Part shown: piece by piece, positions 58,979 through 64,000 of the stretch
How the letters are laid out: every line of letters starts with the position of its first letter
Numbering within the stretch: position 1 is the first letter of the stretch
NCBI GenBank assembly: GCA_964386185.1
Contig: CAYLRJ010000067.1
Span: 949 to 64,948 of the forward strand
From: an uncultured Anaerolineaceae bacterium
GTDB taxonomy: Bacteria; Chloroflexota; Anaerolineae; Anaerolineales; DRMV01
Length of the DNA stretch: 64,000 bases
Direction: 5' to 3'
Translations under genes and position numbers: made by a program
Notes under the pieces: generated by a model
What the model was told of the DNA's origin: nothing
The model's input: only the letters and a program-made list of their open reading frames with translations
Database searches by the model: none

Positions 58979-60622
58979 ATGACAAAGCGCAAGATCTTTT
59001 TCGTTGTGCTGGCGCTGGCCGTTGTGCTGGCGCTGGGGCTGACGGCGTGCCAAAAGGCAACGCCTGCCCCCACCCAGGCGCCGGCCGGTGAAGCCACCCA
59101 GGCGCCTGCGGAAGCCACCCAGGCGCCGGCCGAGGCGACCGAAGCCCCCACCGAGGCCCCCGCGCAATCGGCAGGCCCCATCATCATCGGCACCACCGAC
59201 AAGGTCACCGACCTTGACCCGGCGAACGCCTACGACTTCCACACGTGGGAAATCTTCCATAACACCATGGACACCCTGCTGCACTACAAGCCGGGTACCA
59301 CCGACTTGGAGCCTGGGCTGGCCGAATCCTACGACGTCAGCGACGATGGGCTGGAATACACCTTCCATCTCCGCAAAGGCTTGAAGTTCAACGATGGCAC
59401 CCCCTTCAACGCCGAAGCGGTGAAATGGTCCATTGACCGGGTCTTCAAGATCCAGGGCGACCCCAACTGGCTGGTCACTTCCTTTGTGGACCACGTCGAA
59501 GTGGTGGACGACTACACCGTGAAGTTCGTCCTCAAGAAAGCGGTCAACTACTTCCCGCTGTTGGTGGCGACCTACCCCTACGCCCCGGTCAGCCCCAACT
59601 GCTACCCGGCTGACCAAATTGCCTCTGACAGCACCTGCGGCGGCATTGGCCCCTACAAGATTGACAAATGGGTGCGCGATGTCGAGATGGACTTGGTCGC
59701 CAACCCCAATTGGTACGGCGAACCGCCTAAGACCAGCCAAATCATCATCAAATACTTCGCCGATGCAACCACCATGCGCTTGGCGCTGGAAAACGGCGAA
59801 ATTGACGTGGCCACCAAGAGCCTCAACCCCACCGACTACGCGGACCTGAAAAACAACCCCGACATCCAGGTGGTGGAAGGCCCTGGCGCGCAAATCCGCT
59901 ACATCGTCTTCAACGTCGATATGCCGCCGTTTGACAACAAACTGGTGCGCCAGGCGATTTCCTACGCGGTGGACCGCCAAGCCATCGTAGACAAAGCCTT
60001 CCAGGGCACCCATGAGCCGCTCTACTCCATGGTGCCGATGGGCATGTGGAGCCACATTGACGCCTTCCCCAAGCGCGATCTGGAAAAGGCCAAACAACTG
60101 CTTCAGGAAGCGGGCTACAGCGAAGACAACCCCATGGAAATTGACCTCTGGTGGACCCCCACCCACTACGGCGACACCGAATCTGACGTCGCTTCTCTGG
60201 TCAAGGCCGCGCTGGAAGAGACCGGCATGATCAAGGTCAACCTCCAGAGCGCAGAATGGGCCACCTACACCGAGCAATTTGGCTCGATGGGGATGTTCCT
60301 CTTGGGTTGGTATCCTGACTACATTGACCCCGACAACTACACGTACCCCTTCGCCGCGTCCGATGCTTCGGATGACATCGGCTGCAATTACTCCTCGCCG
60401 AAGATGGACGAACTCTTCCAAGAGGAACAGAGCGCGACCGACCTGCGTGGTGAGGCGCGCAAGCAGGTCTTCGAAGAAATCCAGAAACTCTGGGCCGAAG
60501 ACGTGCCCACCCTGCCGCTCACCCAGGGCAAACTGATGGTGGCGGCTCGCAAGAACATCAGCGGCATCGTGCTCGATCCGGTGATGCTCAACCACTACTT
60601 CTTGCTGGAAAAGACCAAGTAA
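58979..60622 (+). CDS. ABC transporter substrate-binding lipoprotein, family 5 (peptide/nickel, OppA/DppA-like)
   Basis: Lipobox 'LALGLTAC'. SBP_bac_5 pattern ('TDKVTDLDPANAY', 'YKIDKWV', 'GWYPDYIDPDNY'). AAGGAGGAGAAGG SD. Confidence 0.92.
   Translation: MTKRKIFFVVLALAVVLALGLTACQKATPAPTQAPAGEATQAPAEATQAPAEATEAPTEAPAQSAGPIIIGTTDKVTDLDPANAYDFHTWEIFHNTMDTLLHYKPGTTDLEPGLAESYDVSDDGLEYTFHLRKGLKFNDGTPFNAEAVKWSIDRVFKIQGDPNWLVTSFVDHVEVVDDYTVKFVLKKAVNYFPLLVATYPYAPVSPNCYPADQIASDSTCGGIGPYKIDKWVRDVEMDLVANPNWYGEPPKTSQIIIKYFADATTMRLALENGEIDVATKSLNPTDYADLKNNPDIQVVEGPGAQIRYIVFNVDMPPFDNKLVRQAISYAVDRQAIVDKAFQGTHEPLYSMVPMGMWSHIDAFPKRDLEKAKQLLQEAGYSEDNPMEIDLWWTPTHYGDTESDVASLVKAALEETGMIKVNLQSAEWATYTEQFGSMGMFLLGWYPDYIDPDNYTYPFAASDASDDIGCNYSSPKMDELFQEEQSATDLRGEARKQVFEEIQKLWAEDVPTLPLTQGKLMVAARKNISGIVLDPVMLNHYFLLEKTK
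59069..59164 (+). repeat. In-frame 21-bp tandem repeat (about 4.5 units) encoding the heptad linker (E/P)-A/T-T/Q-Q/E-A-P-A
   Basis: Units at 59069, 59090, 59111, 59132 and a partial one at 59153, for example gaagccacccaggcgcctgcg and gaagccacccaggcgccggcc. Encodes PTQAPAG EATQAPA EATQAPA EATEAPT EAPA. Confidence 0.85.
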
Positions 60623-60639
60623 TTTGCGGTCTCCAACGC

Positions 60640-60681
60640 GGGGAGAGGAGGCTTGACCGTCTCCTCTCCCCCGGTTTTTTT
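60640..60681 (+). terminator. Intra-operon intrinsic terminator/attenuator between SBP and permease genes
   Basis: GGGGAGAGGAG-(10-nt loop)-CTCCTCTCCCC, a perfect 11-bp stem followed by cggttttttt. Confidence 0.7.
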
Positions 60682-60723
60682 GCTTTGTCCGTCGTTGTTT
60701 TTCCCCCTTTTGGGTAAACGCCT

Positions 60724-61743
60724 ATGCGCTCTCTTGGCCGCTATCTCTTCATGCGCACCTTGTTGACCATCCCGATGATTTTCGTGTTGGTCACGATGGT
60801 GTTTATCATCCTTCGGGTGATGCCGGGCGACCCTGTGAAATCGTCCATTCGTCCAGGCGCACCCCAGGAATACATTGATGAAATTCGGCACAGCTTGGGG
60901 TTGGATAAGCCGCTGTACGTCCAATATGGCGAGTATCTGTGGGATTTATTGCACTTTGATTTGGGCACCACCCTGAGCCCGGTGCGGGGTCAGTCGGTGG
61001 CCGAGCAAATTTGGGACCACTTCCCCGCGACGTTAGAGCTCTCACTGGCAGCCATGTTGGTCACCGCGGTGGTGGGCATTGGGCTGGGCGCGTATGCAGC
61101 CCATCACCGACGCTCGTTAGCCGATTATTCTTTGCGTTTGTATGGCATTGTGATTTATGCGATTCCGGTGTTTTGGTTGGGGTTGATGTTTCAATTGGTG
61201 TTTGGGGTGTGGCTGGGGTGGCTTCCCATTGCCGGGCGCATCAGCAGTTTGGCGGCTGCGCCCGAGCACATTACCGGCCTCTACACCGTGGATAGCATCT
61301 TGACCCACAATTGGGCAGCCCTCAAAGATAGCGTGCTCCATTTGATTATGCCCGCGATGACCTTGGGCCTCTACCTTTCGGGGGTGTTTGTGCGGTTGAC
61401 CCGTTCAAATATGTTGCAAGTGCTCAAAATGGACTTTGTGACCGCGGCGCGCGCCCGGGGCATTCCCGAGCGAACGGTGGTTTATCGCCATGCGTTGAAA
61501 AACGCGCTCATTCCCATCATCACGATGTTGGGTTTGCAGTTCGCGCTGTTGTTGGCCGGCGCGGTGCTGACCGAGAGCACGTTCTCGTGGCCGGGGCTGG
61601 GCCGTTTTTTGGTGGAACGCATCACCTACCGAGACTTCCCTTCTATTCAGGGGACGGTCGTGGTCTTTGCCCTGTTGGTCGCCAGCGTGAGCCTGTTGGT
61701 GGACGTCCTCTACGCTTGGATTGACCCCCGTATTCGTTACTGA
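60724..61743 (+). CDS. ABC transporter permease (DppB/OppB-like)
   Basis: 339 aa. BPD_transp_1 EAA-like loop 'MDFVTAARARGIPERTVVYRHALKNALIPIIT'. Confidence 0.92.
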   Translation: MRSLGRYLFMRTLLTIPMIFVLVTMVFIILRVMPGDPVKSSIRPGAPQEYIDEIRHSLGLDKPLYVQYGEYLWDLLHFDLGTTLSPVRGQSVAEQIWDHFPATLELSLAAMLVTAVVGIGLGAYAAHHRRSLADYSLRLYGIVIYAIPVFWLGLMFQLVFGVWLGWLPIAGRISSLAAAPEHITGLYTVDSILTHNWAALKDSVLHLIMPAMTLGLYLSGVFVRLTRSNMLQVLKMDFVTAARARGIPERTVVYRHALKNALIPIITMLGLQFALLLAGAVLTESTFSWPGLGRFLVERITYRDFPSIQGTVVVFALLVASVSLLVDVLYAWIDPRIRY

Positions 61744-61750
61744 GCCGACC

Positions 61751-62908
61751 ATGAAAACCAACGAGAAGACGAAAAAATTTGCAGAAGAGCCCACCAGTGT
61801 GCTGGGGCGCTTGTTGCGAGGTGCATCCTGGTATGGCGCAGAATGGTATTGGACCATGACCGGCGCGGTGATTTTGGCGGTCATTATCTTGGTCACCATT
61901 TTTGCGCCTGTGTTGAGCCCTTATGACCCCATCGTCACCGTCGGTGGGCCGTTCGAGCGCCCGGGGGGTGGGCAGGTTGTGCTCTTGGCCCCGAAAAACA
62001 GTGGCATCACCTCGCCTGAGGGGCTGAAGGTAGCGGTCTATTACAACACCACGGCCTCAGTGGTCGCCGAAGATTACGGCATGACCCCGCGCCCCTACCA
62101 AGTGGACAAAGACTTGTTTGAAAAAGTGCGCGCGGGAGAAGCCCAAGCCGTTTTGATTTCGGCCCGCAAAGCCGCGGAAGCCCTCCAAGCCAACCCCGAT
62201 TTCGTGCAAATTGGCCAGCCCTTTGGCCCGCGCTTTTGGCTGGGCACCGACAACCTGGGCCGCGACATCCTGAGCCGCCTCATTTGGGGCGCTCGGGCGG
62301 TGTTGGCGGTGGCGATCCTTTCTGCTTTGTTCTCCGCTGCCATTGGCATCCCCCTGGGGTTGCTTTCGGGGTTCTTCGGCGGCTGGATGGATCGGGTGCT
62401 TTCCTTGGTGATGGATAGCATCTACTCCTTCCCGGGCTTGATTTTGGCCATCGCAGTGGCTGCCATGTTGGGCACTGGCGTCATCAACATCGCCATCGCC
62501 ATTTCGGTGGTGTATATCCCCACTTATTTCCGCATGACCCGTTCCCAGGTGCTTTCCATCAAAGAAGAGCTCTACGTCGAAGCCGCCCGAGCCTTAGGGG
62601 CCAAACAGCGTGAAATTTTGGGAATGTACATCTTCCCCAACGTGGTGCCCACCCTGGTGGTGGTCTTTAGCCTCAACGTGGCCGACGCCATCCTCACCGA
62701 AGCCGGCTTGGCCTTTTTGGGGTTGGGGCTTCAGCCGCCCACCCCCGATTGGGGCTTTGACCTCAACAAAGGGAAAGCCTACCTGCCCCGGGGTTATTGG
62801 TGGCCAATCACTTTCCCCGGCTTGATGATTACCCTGGTCGCCCTTGGTTTTAGCCTCTTGGGCGAAGGCTTGGGTGAAATTCTCAACCCTCGGCTGACCG
62901 AAGAGTGA
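61751..62908 (+). CDS. ABC transporter permease (DppC/OppC-like) with about 100-aa periplasmic insertion after TM1
   Basis: 'WLGTDNLGRDILSRLIWGAR' OppC N-motif and EAA loop 'YVEAARALGAKQREILGMYIFPNVVP'. ATG 61751 lies 8 nt after the upstream stop. Confidence 0.9.
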   Translation: MKTNEKTKKFAEEPTSVLGRLLRGASWYGAEWYWTMTGAVILAVIILVTIFAPVLSPYDPIVTVGGPFERPGGGQVVLLAPKNSGITSPEGLKVAVYYNTTASVVAEDYGMTPRPYQVDKDLFEKVRAGEAQAVLISARKAAEALQANPDFVQIGQPFGPRFWLGTDNLGRDILSRLIWGARAVLAVAILSALFSAAIGIPLGLLSGFFGGWMDRVLSLVMDSIYSFPGLILAIAVAAMLGTGVINIAIAISVVYIPTYFRMTRSQVLSIKEELYVEAARALGAKQREILGMYIFPNVVPTLVVVFSLNVADAILTEAGLAFLGLGLQPPTPDWGFDLNKGKAYLPRGYWWPITFPGLMITLVALGFSLLGEGLGEILNPRLTEE

Positions 62909-62973
62909 AGCAGCCCGCGCAACCACATGACCCCCAAAAGCCAAATTCCCTCCCCTCATTCATGGGAACGACA

Positions 62974-63951
62974 ATGACCGAACCTTTGCTGCAAGTCGAA
63001 AATTTGACCGTCACTTATGAGACCCGTCAAGGCCCCGTGCGCGCGGTGGATGACGTCAGTTTCACCCTCCGCCGCGGCGAAGTGTTGGGCCTGGTTGGCG
63101 AAAGCGGTTGTGGCAAATCAACCTTGGGGATGGCCCTGCTCCGCATGGTGCGCCCGCCCGGCAAAATCACCTCGGGGCGCATCCTCTTCCAGGGGCGAGA
63201 TCTGCTGCAACTGTCGGAAAAGGAGATGCGCCAACTCCGAGGGCGGCACATCTCAATGGTTTTTCAAGACCCGATGACCTCCCTCAACCCTTTGCAGCGC
63301 ATCGGCGACCATATCGTGGAGACCATTCGGGTGCATGAGCCGCAGGTTTCCAGGAAAGAAGCCTGGGAACGAGCTGCGCAACTCATCCAGCGGCTGGGCA
63401 TTTCGCCGGATCGTTTGAAAGACTACCCCCACCAACTCTCCGGTGGGATGCGGCAGCGCATCATGATTGGCATTGGCCTGGCGCTCAACGCCGACCTCAT
63501 CATTGCCGACGAGCCGACGACCAGTTTGGATGTCATCGTCGAAGCCCAATTCCTGGATTTGCTGCGCGAACTGCGTGACGAATTCAACCTCACCATGATC
63601 CTCATTACCCACAACATTGGGGTTGTGGCCGAGTTGGCAGACCGAGTGGCCGTGATGTATGCTGGTCGCATGGCCGAGATTGGGCCAGTGCATGGCATTT
63701 TTCATCAGACGCTTCATCCCTACACCCGGGGGCTGTTGGCTTCGGTGCCGAGCATTCGGCTGGAAGACGGCCTGGAACTGGAAACCCTCTCAGGCGCGCC
63801 GCCGAGCCTGCTTTCGCCGCCTCAGGGATGCCGCTTTCATCCGCGTTGCCCGCAGGCCCGCCCCGTGTGCAGTGCAAAAGTGCCCCCGTGGAAGGAAGTC
63901 CAGCCTGGCCATAGCACCGCGTGTTGGCTGTACGCTGAGGAGGAAGCATGA
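62974..63951 (+). CDS. ABC transporter ATP-binding protein (DppD/OppD-like)
   Basis: Walker A 'GESGCGKST', signature 'LSGGMRQR', Walker B 'LIIADEPTTSLD', and C-terminal oligopeptide-type 'GCRFHPRCP'. The start may instead be 62905 (GTGA coupling) or 62962. Confidence 0.9.
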   Translation: MTEPLLQVENLTVTYETRQGPVRAVDDVSFTLRRGEVLGLVGESGCGKSTLGMALLRMVRPPGKITSGRILFQGRDLLQLSEKEMRQLRGRHISMVFQDPMTSLNPLQRIGDHIVETIRVHEPQVSRKEAWERAAQLIQRLGISPDRLKDYPHQLSGGMRQRIMIGIGLALNADLIIADEPTTSLDVIVEAQFLDLLRELRDEFNLTMILITHNIGVVAELADRVAVMYAGRMAEIGPVHGIFHQTLHPYTRGLLASVPSIRLEDGLELETLSGAPPSLLSPPQGCRFHPRCPQARPVCSAKVPPWKEVQPGHSTACWLYAEEEA

Positions 63952-64000
63952 CCGATTCGCAGCCTTTGGTGACCGTTCGGAACCTCAAGAAGCATTTCCC
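63948..64000 (+). CDS. ABC transporter ATP-binding protein (DppF/OppF-like), 5' end only
   Basis: ATGA overlap with the upstream gene. 'MTDSQPLVTVRNLKKHF' is a typical OppF N-terminus. Runs off the window. Confidence 0.7.
   Translation, partial: MTDSQPLVTVRNLKKHF

Noticed and set aside
56644-58980. Canonical DnaA boxes (TTATCCACA/TGTGGATAA) around dnaA
   Set aside because: There are no perfect matches. The best are TTATCCtCA (58643-58651) and TGTGGATtt (58778-58786), both downstream of dnaA. These are too weak to annotate as DnaA boxes, so the oriC call is kept at low confidence.
58894-59091. Strong SD-like AAGGAGGTGG at 58894-58903 with a 63-aa GTG ORF (58900-59091) in the leader of the SBP gene
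   Set aside because: The GTG overlaps or abuts the SD with 0-2 nt of spacing. The ORF also runs out of frame into the SBP coding region and has implausible composition. A 17-codon TTG ORF (about 58909) is possible, but I cannot support it. It is more likely a structural element of the 118-nt leader.

Overview
High-GC (about 60-65% by eye) bacterial chromosomal core region. It is densely coding, with about 55 protein genes and no rRNA, tRNA, CRISPR array or mobile element that I could recognise. The gene content suggests a Chloroflexota-like or Deinococcus-Thermus-like organism: ribosomal protein Thx, long-form HPF, a Ycf45-like R3H ATPase, a Ser/Thr kinase fused to a TolB propeller, and many Pro/Thr-rich linkers. 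I cannot verify this assignment.

Recognisable housekeeping genes:
- dnaA (57168-58589), with a 524-bp non-coding upstream region
- gyrB, priA, and the dnaG-rpoD pair
- pdxS-pdxT, tmk, xpt, thrC, hutI, hpf
- a MarR plus heterodimeric ABC exporter operon
- an ECF sigma / anti-sigma pair
- an Opp/Dpp-type peptide ABC importer running off the 3' end

Most interesting observations:
1. A CPA1 Na+/H+ antiporter whose C-terminus is a DarA/PstA-type (PII-like) cyclic-di-AMP receptor domain.
2. An intact 918-aa class-A PBP homologue in which every catalytic motif of both enzymatic domains appears substituted.
3. A recurrent TGnTAnAAT extended -10 element. It sits exactly 6 nt upstream of the ATG of at least five SD-less genes, which implies leaderless mRNAs.
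4. An AT-rich island upstream of dnaA with a perfect 14-bp inverted repeat, plus a 28-bp bipartite motif found on both sides of dnaA (candidate bipartite oriC).
5. A 34-codon Thx ribosomal protein gene that is absent from the ORF track.
6. An HD-domain::PncC fusion.

Many long ORFs in the track (for example 9606-12515 minus, 969 aa) are antisense or alternative-frame artefacts of the high GC content and were rejected. I did not find a clear-cut novel multi-gene system; the strongest candidates are single-gene domain architectures.
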